Positions 30,931 to 44,622 of a stretch of 64,000 nt of DNA are shown here, piece by piece (within the stretch, counting starts at the first letter, position 1; the number at the start of each line of letters is the position of its first letter). Location of the stretch: contig CAWGYD010000005.1 in NCBI GenBank assembly GCA_963826785.1, positions 335,664 through 399,663 of the forward strand. The letters are read 5' to 3'. A model generated the notes under the pieces. It worked only from the letters and a program-made list of their open reading frames with translations, made no database searches and was not told the origin of the DNA. The DNA is from an uncultured delta proteobacterium. Lineage in GTDB: Bacteria > Desulfobacterota > Desulfobacteria > Desulfobacterales > Desulfosalsimonadaceae. The position numbers and the translations under genes were made by a program.

Positions 30931-31842
30931 TCAATACCCCCAGTCTTTGAGCTCGCTTACCATGGAGATGTAGAACTCATTGGCATCAAAACCCGGAGTG
31001 ATGCCGAAAGGCTGGGATACGATGTTGAGATGGTCGCAGCCGGCGCTGTACCAGGAAGCGTCTTCCGTTCCCCGGAATGTTCCCCATTTGGCGCTGTTGA
31101 CACTGACCAGGCCGTCATTTGCGCCTTCATATGCCAGCAGGATCGGCCAGGTGGCAACAAAATACCAGTTGCGGGCATCCACGGCCATCATTTTGATTTT
31201 TGCCGCCCAGCTCTGATAATAGATGCCGGGCATGTTCGGCGTATTGGGATTGAAGGTATTGATCATGTAAGATCGGGTCAGGTCATATCCGTTTTGCAGG
31301 CTGTTGGGGTTCGTGTCGCCGAAAATGAAGGCGTAGACAAAATCAAGGGTGCCGCCAACCAGCCATTCCAGTGAATTGGGAACCACGCCCAGAATCACGT
31401 CGGCAACGGCGCTTCCCCGATGGGGTCCGGCGATGCTGGTGTAGGAGGCCACTTTTCCGGAAAGCCCCAGGTTGGAAATGGCGTAGCGGGTGTACAGGGT
31501 GCCATGGGAATGGCCGATGATATTTGCTTTTGCCTTCCCGGTGACCGCCAGGACATAGAGGAACTGATTTTTGAAATCGGCGGCTTTGGCGGCGGTGCTG
31601 TCCATCCCGTTTACCGAGGTAATATACACATCCGCCCCTTCATCTTCCAGTGCTTCGGGAATGCCCCACCAGTAGTCCACGATTCCTAAAATGGATGCCG
31701 AAGCGCCCATGCCATGGGCCATTATAACGGGAAACTTGGTTTTACAAGGATCGGTTTCGCCGCCGGCAAATGCGGCGCAGGGTACTGTAAGCAGAAGCAC
31801 GAATAAAAGAAATCGGAACACACGCTTTTTCGAAAAGAACAT
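30931..31842 (-). CDS. Secreted triacylglycerol lipase (family I.1/I.2-like alpha/beta hydrolase)
   Basis: Signal peptide; PVIMAHG, DYWWGI, NIIGHSHG nucleophile elbow, GPHRGSAVAD, NDGLVS, DHLNIV. Confidence 0.9.
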   Translation of the reverse strand: MFFSKKRVFRFLLFVLLLTVPCAAFAGGETDPCKTKFPVIMAHGMGASASILGIVDYWWGIPEALEDEGADVYITSVNGMDSTAAKAADFKNQFLYVLAVTGKAKANIIGHSHGTLYTRYAISNLGLSGKVASYTSIAGPHRGSAVADVILGVVPNSLEWLVGGTLDFVYAFIFGDTNPNSLQNGYDLTRSYMINTFNPNTPNMPGIYYQSWAAKIKMMAVDARNWYFVATWPILLAYEGANDGLVSVNSAKWGTFRGTEDASWYSAGCDHLNIVSQPFGITPGFDANEFYISMVSELKDWGY

Positions 31843-31895
31843 GATCTCCCCCTCTTGTTTTTTCGTTGATGAAATGTTCTACCTGCCGTTAACGT

Positions 31896-31937
31896 TAGTT
31901 ATGATTAACTGATATCTAAAGGTTAAACGGATGTCAA
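31896..31937 (-). promoter_or_regulatory. Lipase promoter with overlapping palindromic operator
   Basis: Minus strand TTGACA (31937-31932), 17 nt, TATCAG; AGTTA-N4-TAACT palindrome at 31897-31910 over -10/+1. Confidence 0.45.
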
Positions 31938-32130
31938 GATGAAAAATGTTGATTCTTTACTATAAACGATGTTTTCGATCGATAACCCGCGACGCGTCTA
32001 TGAATCGCGACATAGATGTTGACCCGAAAGGGAGGACGTAATAGGGTACAATTTTTTAATGGACATGCGCCAGTCGCTGCCTTATGTTAGCCTTCGGAAA
32101 GATTCCTGATTGAAAATGGAAAGTTACTTG

Positions 32131-34005
32131 ATGACTCATGATTTGGATATTGCGCTTTCTCCCGAACAGAAAGCTGCGGTTGAACACAAGGGGTCAGCTC
32201 TGGTGGTGGCCGGGGCGGGATCGGGGAAAACCCGCACCCTTACGGCCAAAATCGTACACCTGATCCGTTCGGGAATCGCCCCGGAACGAATTCTGGCGAT
32301 TACCTTTACCAACAAGGCCGCCGATGAGATGAAACATCGGCTGGTGGAAATGACCGGTTTCTCCCTGGATCGCTTTCCCTGGGTGCGCACCTATCACAGC
32401 GCCTGTTACCGTATCCTTCGGACCCACTGCCAACTGCTGGGATATCAAAATCCTCTTCAGATCTATTCAAACTACCAGCAGGAGAAACTGGTCAAGGAGA
32501 TCCTGATCCGGGGCAATATCGACAAGAAATACTTCTATCAGGTGTCCGCCCATATTTCCCATGCCAAGAACTCGGGTGATCCGGATGCCTATTTCGATAA
32601 AAACCCACGTCTTTCTTATTTCCGTCTGCGGGATATCTTCGACCGGTATGAAAAAAGCCTCATGGAAAGAAACGCGGTGGATTTCGACAACATCCTGTAC
32701 ATGACCCGGGAGTTGCTGCGGACGCACGAGACCATACGGAAGCAGTATCTCAATCTTTTTTCGTACGTTCTGGTGGACGAATATCAGGATACCAACAACC
32801 TTCAGGAAGACCTGACGCGTCTGTTGACCGGCGGGGAGAACCTTTTCTGCGTAGGGGATGACTGGCAGGCCATTTATGGTTTCCGCGGCAGCAATGTCAA
32901 TCATTTCCTGTCTTTTGCCAAAAATTATGAAAATGCAAAGATTTTCCGCCTGGAGCGCAATTACCGGTCCGCCTCAGAAATCGTGGATGCCGCCAATGGC
33001 CTGATCCGCTATAACCGGCAGCGGATGGACAAAACCTGTTTTTCCAAAAAAACCGGCGGGAGCATCGAAATTCAAGAATTTTACAGCGATTCGGAGGAGG
33101 CCATGTGGGTCTCCGACAAGATCCGGCGTTTACATGATGCGGGTATTGACTATGATCAGATCGCGGTCCTGTACCGGACCAAGTTTTGTTCGCTTTCCTT
33201 TGAAAAAGCCTTCCGCTATGCCTCCATTCCCTATCGCATGCTCGGCGCAAAGGGATTCTTCGAACGCAGGGAAATATTGGATATCACCTGCTACCTGACC
33301 GCCGCCGTGTTTGACAAAGATGACGCGGCATTCGAACGGATTATCAATGTGCCCAAGCGGGGCATCGGTCCCGGAACCGTTAAAAAGATCGGTGAGATGA
33401 AGACGGAAGGGGAGAGCCTGCAGGGGGCGGCCCGGATGGCCCTGGAGAAAAAGATTCTGTCGGGAAAAATCTATGATGCCCTCAAGCACCTGTTTTCGAT
33501 TCTCGACGAAGTGGCTTCCATGTCTCCGGATAGGGCCATTCGAACGATTCTCGATCGGACGGGCTATCTTGATAATCTGAAACAGAGCGCAAAAACCCGT
33601 GAAGATTATACCGCCAGGGAAGAAAATATTGAACAGCTGATTTATTCCGCCTCCCTGAAGGATTCCATCGTGGAATATCTGGAGGAGGCTTCTTTGATCA
33701 GGGAAGACCGTAAAGAGGAAGAAGAAGAGGGCGCTTCTCAGAGCGCAGTCAATCTTGCGACCATGCACGCCAGCAAGGGACTGGAATTTCACGCGGTGTT
33801 TGTTGCGGGATGCGAGGAAAATCTCCTTCCCCACTGGAAATCCAAGGAAACCGATTTGGAACTTCAGGAGGAACGCCGGCTGATGTACGTGGCCATGACA
33901 CGGGCGGCCCATTGTCTCTTCGTGAGTTCCGCAAATTTTCGAAAAGGCCAGTTCAATCCCAAAAGCCGGTTCGTGGATGAACTGTTGTCTCCACCGCTGG
34001 AGTGA
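32131..34005 (+). CDS. UvrD/PcrA-family SF1 DNA helicase
   Basis: AGAGSGKT, ITFTNKAA, VDEYQDTN, VGDDWQAIYGFRG, LERNYRS, TMHASKGLEF, EERRLMYVAMTRA; start may be 32116. Confidence 0.94.
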   Translation: MTHDLDIALSPEQKAAVEHKGSALVVAGAGSGKTRTLTAKIVHLIRSGIAPERILAITFTNKAADEMKHRLVEMTGFSLDRFPWVRTYHSACYRILRTHCQLLGYQNPLQIYSNYQQEKLVKEILIRGNIDKKYFYQVSAHISHAKNSGDPDAYFDKNPRLSYFRLRDIFDRYEKSLMERNAVDFDNILYMTRELLRTHETIRKQYLNLFSYVLVDEYQDTNNLQEDLTRLLTGGENLFCVGDDWQAIYGFRGSNVNHFLSFAKNYENAKIFRLERNYRSASEIVDAANGLIRYNRQRMDKTCFSKKTGGSIEIQEFYSDSEEAMWVSDKIRRLHDAGIDYDQIAVLYRTKFCSLSFEKAFRYASIPYRMLGAKGFFERREILDITCYLTAAVFDKDDAAFERIINVPKRGIGPGTVKKIGEMKTEGESLQGAARMALEKKILSGKIYDALKHLFSILDEVASMSPDRAIRTILDRTGYLDNLKQSAKTREDYTAREENIEQLIYSASLKDSIVEYLEEASLIREDRKEEEEEGASQSAVNLATMHASKGLEFHAVFVAGCEENLLPHWKSKETDLELQEERRLMYVAMTRAAHCLFVSSANFRKGQFNPKSRFVDELLSPPLE

Positions 34006-34105
34006 CCGGTATGAGTAAAACACCGGCTTGATGCAGGGGGGGCGATTCACGGTGAGGGCCGGTTTAGGCCGGTTTACCGGGAATTTGATATCCTGGGACG
34101 AAGCG

Positions 34106-34513
34106 TTATTTTTTATTCAAAACGTTTTTAAGCTTTTGCTCGAGTTCTTCGTGGCGCTTTTTTTTCTTTTCCGCCTGTTCAGCAGCCAGTGCCTCGATTT
34201 TTTTTTGCTGATTTTCACGGGACTGCATGAATTTCATCAGTTCCGAGGCCATGGAATCGGGTTCGGCTGAAGCGGAAATATCTTCAATTTTGAGATGATC
34301 TTTGATAAAGATGCGGATATCACCGGCCTTTTCCAGGATCTGAATGATATCCAGGTCCGCCATCCGGCGGCAGAGGCGCAAGGTCTCCTCAGATGAAAAC
34401 ATCAACAGCGAGTTGATGGCGTCGATTGAGGCAGGGGCGGCATCTCTGTACTCCAAAATCCGTATGGCGGCAACCACCAGGTGCGCTTTTGAGTAGAAAT
34501 CGTCCTTTTTCAT
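34106..34513 (-). CDS. Hypothetical protein (winged-helix-like N-terminus, charged coiled-coil tail)
   Basis: AAGGAG RBS; 135-aa ORF divergent from eno; family not recognised. Confidence 0.7.
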   Translation of the reverse strand: MKKDDFYSKAHLVVAAIRILEYRDAAPASIDAINSLLMFSSEETLRLCRRMADLDIIQILEKAGDIRIFIKDHLKIEDISASAEPDSMASELMKFMQSRENQQKKIEALAAEQAEKKKKRHEELEQKLKNVLNKK

Positions 34514-34599
34514 TTTGCTCCTTTACGGCGCAAGCGCTTCAAAACAGGGCCGACCTGTAAAAGCATCTGAAATATCGAGGTGTTCAGGGTATCCAATGC

Positions 34600-34628
34600 T
34601 TGACACCCCGATTTGATGATCGTATCAT
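34600..34628 (+). promoter_or_regulatory. Sigma-70 promoter for eno
   Basis: TTGACA-17 nt-TATCAT. Confidence 0.65.
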
Positions 34629-34707
34629 TCGTGCTGTTTTTGTCAAGACGATCAGTTGACATTCCTGTGTTCATATTCATATCACCGGTCATAGAGGGGA
34701 GAATCCG

Positions 34708-35985
34708 ATGAGCGACATTTTTGATGTAAAAGCAAGGGAAATATTAGATTCCAGAGGAAATCCAACCGTTGAGGTCGATGTGATCCTGGCCTGCGGCGTG
34801 ATGGGGCGCGCCGCGGTTCCGTCGGGCGCTTCCACGGGCACCCGGGAGGCACTCGAACTGCGGGACGGTGATAAATCGCGATACCTTGGAAAAGGCGTGA
34901 CCCAGGCGGTGGCCAATGTAAACGACTCCATCGCACCGGAAATCGTGGGCATGGACGCAACGGACCAGTTTGCCATCGACCGGTTTCTGATCGACCTGGA
35001 CGGCACCGAAAACAAATCCAGGCTCGGGGCCAATGCCCTTCTGGGGGTATCTATGGCCATGGCCCGGGCCGCAGCCCAGGTGATCGGCATCCCTCTGTAC
35101 CGCTATCTCGGCGGGCTGAGTGCGCGCTATCTGCCCATTCCCATGATGAATATCGTCAACGGCGGCGCGCATGCCGCCAATAACCTCGACATACAGGAGT
35201 TCATGATCATTCCGCTGGGGGCGAAGACCATTGCCGAAGCCGTGCGCATGGGAGCGGAAACCTTCCACCAGCTCAAGAAGATCCTGAAAGAGAAGGGGAT
35301 GAACACGGCCGTGGGAGATGAAGGCGGGTTCGCGCCTGATTTTTCTTCCAATGAAGAGGCGATAAAGGTCATCCTTCAGGCCATAGAAGCCGCCGGATAT
35401 AATCCCGGAGAGGAAATCGGCCTGGGCCTCGATGCGGCGGCCAGTGAATTCTACAAGGACGGCAAATATCACCTGGCATCGGAAAATAAACAGCTGAGCG
35501 CGTCTGAAATGATCGATTACTACCAGTCTCTGATTGAAAAGTACCCCCTGTACTCCATTGAAGACGGACTGGCGGAGCAGGATTGGGAAAACTGGTCCCT
35601 GATGACCGAAAAACTCGGCCGGCTGGTGCAGCTGGTCGGCGATGACGTGTTTGTCACCAATCCGAAGATATTCGCCGAAGGCATTCGGGACGGCATCGGA
35701 AACTCCATTCTGGTTAAACTCAATCAAATCGGGACCGTATCGGAAACCCTGACTACGATTGAGATGGCCAAGCAGGCGGGATATACCACTGTCATTTCCC
35801 ACCGGTCCGGGGAAACCGAGGATTCGTTCATTTCAGATCTCGTGGTGGGGGTCACCGGCGGTCAGATCAAGACCGGTTCCATGTCCAGAAGCGACCGCAT
35901 TGCCAAATACAACCAGCTCATCCGCATCGAAGAAGAACTCGGGAATAATGCAAAGATGTCCGAAAACGTCTTTACATTCTCGTAA
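34708..35985 (+). CDS. eno: Enolase
   Basis: [51 protein letters not shown]. Confidence 0.98.
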   Translation: MSDIFDVKAREILDSRGNPTVEVDVILACGVMGRAAVPSGASTGTREALELRDGDKSRYLGKGVTQAVANVNDSIAPEIVGMDATDQFAIDRFLIDLDGTENKSRLGANALLGVSMAMARAAAQVIGIPLYRYLGGLSARYLPIPMMNIVNGGAHAANNLDIQEFMIIPLGAKTIAEAVRMGAETFHQLKKILKEKGMNTAVGDEGGFAPDFSSNEEAIKVILQAIEAAGYNPGEEIGLGLDAAASEFYKDGKYHLASENKQLSASEMIDYYQSLIEKYPLYSIEDGLAEQDWENWSLMTEKLGRLVQLVGDDVFVTNPKIFAEGIRDGIGNSILVKLNQIGTVSETLTTIEMAKQAGYTTVISHRSGETEDSFISDLVVGVTGGQIKTGSMSRSDRIAKYNQLIRIEEELGNNAKMSENVFTFS

Positions 35986-36079
35986 ACCCGTTTTAAACCA
36001 TTCAGAGACAAACCGCCTGGAGACAAGATTTAAGTGTCCATCGGGAATGGGTCCATCTTTAAATACATTTGGATATGGG

Positions 36080-38637
<2,558 letters not shown>

Positions 38638-38812
38638 TTTATTCTAATCTTTAGAAGTATGTTGACATTGGTTTCATCTGCTGATAGGGGTATGAAAATT
38701 TAATCGCGGATCGAAGAGTTGTACTTCTTGCGTTTTACAAAACGCCGGGCGACGTGATCTTCTCTTCGATTTTAAGGATTGTCCATAAGAAATCAGCAGG
38801 TAAAGCCGGTTC

Positions 38813-40069
38813 ATGGAACATCCGCAGTCCACATTATTAGATGCCCGCCTGTCCAGGGAAGAGGGACTCGAATCCTCATCGCATCTGCAGGCATCCGCAT
38901 TGAAGCGAATCCGGGATGCGGTCTTAAACTGCATATACAACTACGCTGATGATGATGAACAGCTGATCCTCGAATTGCGGGCTCTGGCGGAAGTCGGCGG
39001 CAGCAGGGCCTATTCGGTGTTTTTCAATGTGTTGACCCACCTGGATCTTGAACCTGCAGTGGCCGAAGACTGCTGGCACCAGATACTCGATCATCGAATC
39101 CACCTTACCGAGACCCTCGGGCGCAGAGTAAACTTCCGGACCGTCATCTGCGATTATTTCTGCTCCGTCAATAAAGCTTTCCAGAATCCGGTGGTCGTCG
39201 AAATCCATGTATTTCAGGATCAGCTTAGATCGCTTAAGTACGACAGCCTCACCGGTCTGAATACCCGGGCTACTTTTGAGGAAAATCTGAAGGTGGAGTT
39301 CGCCCGGGCCAAGCGATATGAAACCGAATTGTCCCTGCTGTTTTTCGATCTGGACGATTTTAAAAACATAAACGATCTGTTCGGGCATCTGGCCGGTGAT
39401 ATGGTGTTGAAAGATGTCGGCAGAATCGTCCGGAACGAGATCCGCGCCGAAGATACGGCTGCCCGTTACGGCGGCGAGGAAATCGTGATTATTCTTCCCC
39501 AGACCGGAAAGGTCGACGCCCTTATACTGGGGGAACGGATCCGCCGAAAAATTGAATCACGGAACCTGCGCTATGGCGATAAAACCATTCAGCCGACCAT
39601 CAGCGGCGGGCTGGCCAGTTTCCCCATCGATGCGTGCAGTGAAACCGATCTCTTGAAATTCGCCGATAATGCCCTGTACCGGGCCAAACAGCACGGTAAG
39701 AACAACATCGCCGTTTATTCCCACAATAAGCGGAGATTTTTGCGGATCAATTTTATTTCACATATCCAGATCCGTAGAATCGGGTTTGATGACCACGTCC
39801 TTGCCTCAAAGGCCATCAGCAAAAACCTGAGCGTAGCCGGCATTCTGTTTGAAAGCGACATGTTTTTCGAAATCGGCACCCGGATCGAATTAAATGTTCC
39901 GATGCCGCATGCCGGAAAGGGTATCTCCGTCATCGGCACCGTGGTTCGGGTGGAGGTTTTTCATTCCAATCAATACGAAATCGGCGTATCCTTTCTGGAA
40001 ATGGACACGCAGTCCAAAAATGAAATTTCACGATATCTGGTGCGCCACCTCAAGGATGATCCGCAATAA
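38813..40069 (+). CDS. Diguanylate cyclase (GGDEF) with C-terminal PilZ domain
   Basis: DSLTGL, DLDDFKNINDLFGHLAGD, RAED I-site, RYGGEEI; PilZ RRFLR and NLSVAG. Confidence 0.9.
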   Translation: MEHPQSTLLDARLSREEGLESSSHLQASALKRIRDAVLNCIYNYADDDEQLILELRALAEVGGSRAYSVFFNVLTHLDLEPAVAEDCWHQILDHRIHLTETLGRRVNFRTVICDYFCSVNKAFQNPVVVEIHVFQDQLRSLKYDSLTGLNTRATFEENLKVEFARAKRYETELSLLFFDLDDFKNINDLFGHLAGDMVLKDVGRIVRNEIRAEDTAARYGGEEIVIILPQTGKVDALILGERIRRKIESRNLRYGDKTIQPTISGGLASFPIDACSETDLLKFADNALYRAKQHGKNNIAVYSHNKRRFLRINFISHIQIRRIGFDDHVLASKAISKNLSVAGILFESDMFFEIGTRIELNVPMPHAGKGISVIGTVVRVEVFHSNQYEIGVSFLEMDTQSKNEISRYLVRHLKDDPQ

Positions 40070-40991
40070 AATTTTCACCCCGAACCTTCCTCCGGCCCTT
40101 TCCAAGAAAGATGCCATCGGCATCGTCGCCCCTTCGAGTCCCTTCGACCGGCAGAAATTTGATCAGGGCGCCTCGGTTCTGAAGCACATGGGATATCGAC
40201 TGGTGGTTTCAGATTCCCTGTTTTCGGAACAAGGGTACCTGGCCGGTTCTGATCGAATCCGTGCCCAGGCATTCAATGCATGCTTTGCCGATCCTGACAT
40301 CCGCGCCATCTGGTGCGTCAGGGGGGGGTACGGATCCATGCGGATACTTCCGCTGATCGATTATGACCTGATTGCATCAAACCCCAAGATATTGATCGGA
40401 TGCAGCGATATCACGGCTCTGCTCAATACCGTGTATGCCCGCGCCGGTCTGGTGACCTTTCATGGCCCCATGATCGCCTCCCTGGGGGCAGCGGCACCGG
40501 AGACGATCGAAGGCATCGAAAAAGCGGTTTCAGGGGAAGATGCCGTTATGCTGAAATCTGCCGAAGATGCCCCCATCTGCCCGGGAACTGCCTCCGGACC
40601 GGTGATGGGCGGAAATCTGTCCACCCTGAACCATCTGCTGGCGACACCCTATGAACCGGATTTTTCAGGCCACATTCTTTTAATAGAGGATATTGGTGAG
40701 GCGCCCTATCGCATCGACAGAATGCTGAGCCAGATGAAAATGGCCGGATGCTTCGACAAGATTGCCGGGGTGGCCGCAGGATCTTTCGTTCAATGCGGCG
40801 ACATTGAAATGGTTCACCTTATCATAAAAGACATATTTGCCGATCTGCATATCCCGGTCCTGGCCGGTTTAGACTTCGGCCACGGGGATCCGAATATGAC
40901 CATTGCCATCGGGATAAATGCACGCCTGGATGCTGATCACGGGATTCTTGCAGTCGATGCCCCATCTGTTTTGCATCAAAACATGCCATGA
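40056..40991 (+). CDS. LD-carboxypeptidase (peptidase S66)
   Basis: IGIVAPSS, RGGYGS, GCSDIT, FHGP, GGNLS, IEDIGE, FGHG. Confidence 0.92.
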   Translation: MIRNKIFTPNLPPALSKKDAIGIVAPSSPFDRQKFDQGASVLKHMGYRLVVSDSLFSEQGYLAGSDRIRAQAFNACFADPDIRAIWCVRGGYGSMRILPLIDYDLIASNPKILIGCSDITALLNTVYARAGLVTFHGPMIASLGAAAPETIEGIEKAVSGEDAVMLKSAEDAPICPGTASGPVMGGNLSTLNHLLATPYEPDFSGHILLIEDIGEAPYRIDRMLSQMKMAGCFDKIAGVAAGSFVQCGDIEMVHLIIKDIFADLHIPVLAGLDFGHGDPNMTIAIGINARLDADHGILAVDAPSVLHQNMP

Positions 40992-42067
40992 AATCCGTTG
41001 ACCACATGATGCGCCAGGGGGTTTGCGACAACGTGTTTCCCGGCGGTGTCCTCAGTGTCTGGTCTTCAGGAAATCAAGTTTTTGAAGAGGCATACGGGGT
41101 GACCGATCACACCGTTTCGGCGCCGGTCCGAACCGATACCCTTTTTGATCTGGCGTCACTGACCAAGCCCCTGGCCACCGCCCTTGCCGCAATGATTCTG
41201 ATTGAGCAAAAGCGTCTGGATCTGAATTGGAAAATAGGCGAGGTGATCGCTGATCTGCGCCATACGGAGAAGCAAGACATTGAAATTCGTCACCTGCTGA
41301 TTCATAATTCCGGTTTGACCGATTACCGCCCCTATTATCTCACCCTGCAGAATCTGCCATTTTCCCAGCGCAAAACCGCCCTGCACCAAATGCTGGTGGA
41401 CGAGCCGCTGATTTCCGGTATCGGTGAAAAAACGCGCTACAGTGATATCGGTTTCATGCTCCTGCAATGGGTGATTGAAACCATTACCCAAACCGGCCTG
41501 GATATATTCATTCAGTCTTCTGCATATGCGCCATTAAACATCAAGGACCTTTTTTTTGTCCCCGGGAATCGACCCTTGTCAACCGATAATGTGGCCGCCA
41601 CCGAGCAGTGCCCCTGGCGGCGCACCCTGGTAAAAGGGGGGGTGCATGATGAGAACGCCCATATTCTCGGCGGGGTGGCCGGGCATGCCGGATTATTTGG
41701 AACCGCGGATGCGATTTGCCGCCTCCTGGAGACACTGCTAAATGCCTATCATGGCGATGCCCCGGACAATATCTTCTCACCGGCCGTTGTCCGCACATTT
41801 CTCAGTTCCCAGTCCGATTCGGATCGGGCCCTGGGGTTTGACCGTCCGTCGGCTAAACATTCCAGCTGCGGCGATGGTTTCAATAAGGCGGCGACCTTCG
41901 GTCATCTGGGTTATACCGGCACCTCCTTCTGGATGGATACGGCACAATCGATTATTGTGGTGCTGCTGACCAACCGGGTTCACCCGAGCCGCAGGAATGA
42001 GAAGATCAGACAATTCCGGCCCCGTCTGCATAACGCGGTTATTCGTGCGATACTGAAAGATCGTTGA
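40988..42067 (+). CDS. Serine hydrolase of the beta-lactamase family (AmiE-like)
   Basis: FDLASLTK, YSDIGF, GVHDENA, GHAGLF, GHLGYTGTS, LLTNRVHP. Confidence 0.88.
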   Translation: MKSVDHMMRQGVCDNVFPGGVLSVWSSGNQVFEEAYGVTDHTVSAPVRTDTLFDLASLTKPLATALAAMILIEQKRLDLNWKIGEVIADLRHTEKQDIEIRHLLIHNSGLTDYRPYYLTLQNLPFSQRKTALHQMLVDEPLISGIGEKTRYSDIGFMLLQWVIETITQTGLDIFIQSSAYAPLNIKDLFFVPGNRPLSTDNVAATEQCPWRRTLVKGGVHDENAHILGGVAGHAGLFGTADAICRLLETLLNAYHGDAPDNIFSPAVVRTFLSSQSDSDRALGFDRPSAKHSSCGDGFNKAATFGHLGYTGTSFWMDTAQSIIVVLLTNRVHPSRRNEKIRQFRPRLHNAVIRAILKDR

Positions 42068-42186
42068 CTATTTTATTCTTGTATTGACCTATCATTTCTG
42101 TTAGCTAAAAGGGTCAAACGGCCCTGTCCGATCCCGATCTTCAATTTTCCGTAATTACATCAAATATACTTTTTCACAACGGTTAA

Positions 42187-43236
<1,050 letters not shown>

Positions 43237-43239
43237 TCC

Positions 43240-44085
43240 ATGTTTTCCAAGAAGACGATGGTGGCGGCAGGCGTTCTGATTCTGATCGCCTTAAATGTAT
43301 TCGTCTTTTCATTTACCTATATTCGAAAATCCACCATCGGCGAGGCCGCAGCCCGAACCGTTTTATTCGTCGTCTCCCCTGTTCAGGAAAAGCTTTCCGG
43401 AGCGGTTTCGTTCATGGATGGCGTATGGTCGCATTATTTCTTCCTGATCAATGTTTCGAATCAGAATGTACGGCTCAGACGCGAACTCGCCGCGGCCAAT
43501 GAGAAGAACCGGTACTGCCAGGAAATCGCACTGGCCAATGAACGTCTTCGGGCTTTTGTCGACTTGAAGGAAAAGTCGGACAACCAGTTCATTCCCGCCG
43601 AGATCATCGCCAAGGATCCGTCTCCCTGGTACTGCAGCCTCGTCATCAACCGGGGATCTGCGGTCGGGGTATCCAAAGGCCTTCCGGTTGTGGCTCCGGA
43701 GGGCGTTGTCGGCCAGGTGATTTCTGCTTCTTCCGGCTATGCCCGAGTTCTGTTGATCACCGACCGGAACAGCGCGGTGGACGCTCTGGTGCAGAGGACC
43801 CGGGCACGGGGGATCGTCCGGGGCAAGTCCAACGGGGCATGCCAGTTCGATTACGCGCTGCGCAAGCAGGAAATCAGGGTAGGGGATATCATCGTCTCTT
43901 CCGGGCTCGATGGCATCTACCCCAAAGGGTGGTCGATTGGACGCGTATCCAAGGTTATCCGCCGCAACTCCGGTTTATTTCAAGAAATCGAAATAACGCC
44001 GTTTGTCGATTTCAAGAAACTCGAAGAACTCATGGTCATCTCCAACCCGCCCAACCCGAATGATGACGTTGCTGACAGCCCGTGA
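43240..44085 (+). CDS. mreC: Rod shape-determining protein MreC
   Basis: N-terminal TM, coiled coil, INRGS..GV..GLPVV..GVVG, SGLDGIYPKG; follows mreB. Confidence 0.94.
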   Translation: MFSKKTMVAAGVLILIALNVFVFSFTYIRKSTIGEAAARTVLFVVSPVQEKLSGAVSFMDGVWSHYFFLINVSNQNVRLRRELAAANEKNRYCQEIALANERLRAFVDLKEKSDNQFIPAEIIAKDPSPWYCSLVINRGSAVGVSKGLPVVAPEGVVGQVISASSGYARVLLITDRNSAVDALVQRTRARGIVRGKSNGACQFDYALRKQEIRVGDIIVSSGLDGIYPKGWSIGRVSKVIRRNSGLFQEIEITPFVDFKKLEELMVISNPPNPNDDVADSP

Positions 44086-44600
44086 TGCGCTACCTGATTC
44101 TTCTGGCATTTTCCATTCTGCTGGTATCCATTCAGACCAGTATCGTCCCGGGTCTTCCGCTGCCGTTGTCAATCTATAATCCGGTAATCCCTTTTATTCT
44201 ATACCTGATCCTGTTCAGGACCTTTGGCGAAGCCCTGACATTTGTTCTGATCTGCGGCGGCATGTTGGACACCCTGTCCGGCGCTCCCGCGGGCACATAT
44301 GTCATTACTTATATTTTATTGCTGCTGATGTTTTCCAACCTGAAAACGGTTTTTCAACTGCCGGGAGCCCTCCTGTTTCACAGTACGTTGATTTTTTCGG
44401 TATTTTTTGAAAGCCTGATGTTTGGGGGGATAAACTTACTTTCCGACAGGGCGATGCCGGCCTTTGCGCAGCTGTTTGCGGTAATCCTGATCCAGATCTT
44501 GTGGGCCATTGTCACTGGCCGTTTGATATATGGTCTTTTTGCCTTCGGATTCGATTTTGCCGGCCGTCTGTCGATCACCGGAGGAAAGGATAAAATTTGA
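44082..44600 (+). CDS. mreD: Rod shape-determining protein MreD
   Basis: Hydrophobic 172-aa protein with GGMLDTLSG, between mreC and mrdA. Confidence 0.8.
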   Translation: MMRYLILLAFSILLVSIQTSIVPGLPLPLSIYNPVIPFILYLILFRTFGEALTFVLICGGMLDTLSGAPAGTYVITYILLLLMFSNLKTVFQLPGALLFHSTLIFSVFFESLMFGGINLLSDRAMPAFAQLFAVILIQILWAIVTGRLIYGLFAFGFDFAGRLSITGGKDKI

Positions 44601-44622
44601 CCGGTCTGCATGGACATTTCTG

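Noticed and set aside
26346..32100. tRNA-Leu as the attachment site of a genomic island
   Set aside because: No integrase and no duplicated tRNA 3' end found by eye in the window
35759..36079. N-terminal extensions in the ORF track (also at 4002, 39894, 44530 and 21096)
   Set aside because: They overlap upstream genes or promoter regions; downstream ATGs fit domain starts and signal peptides better
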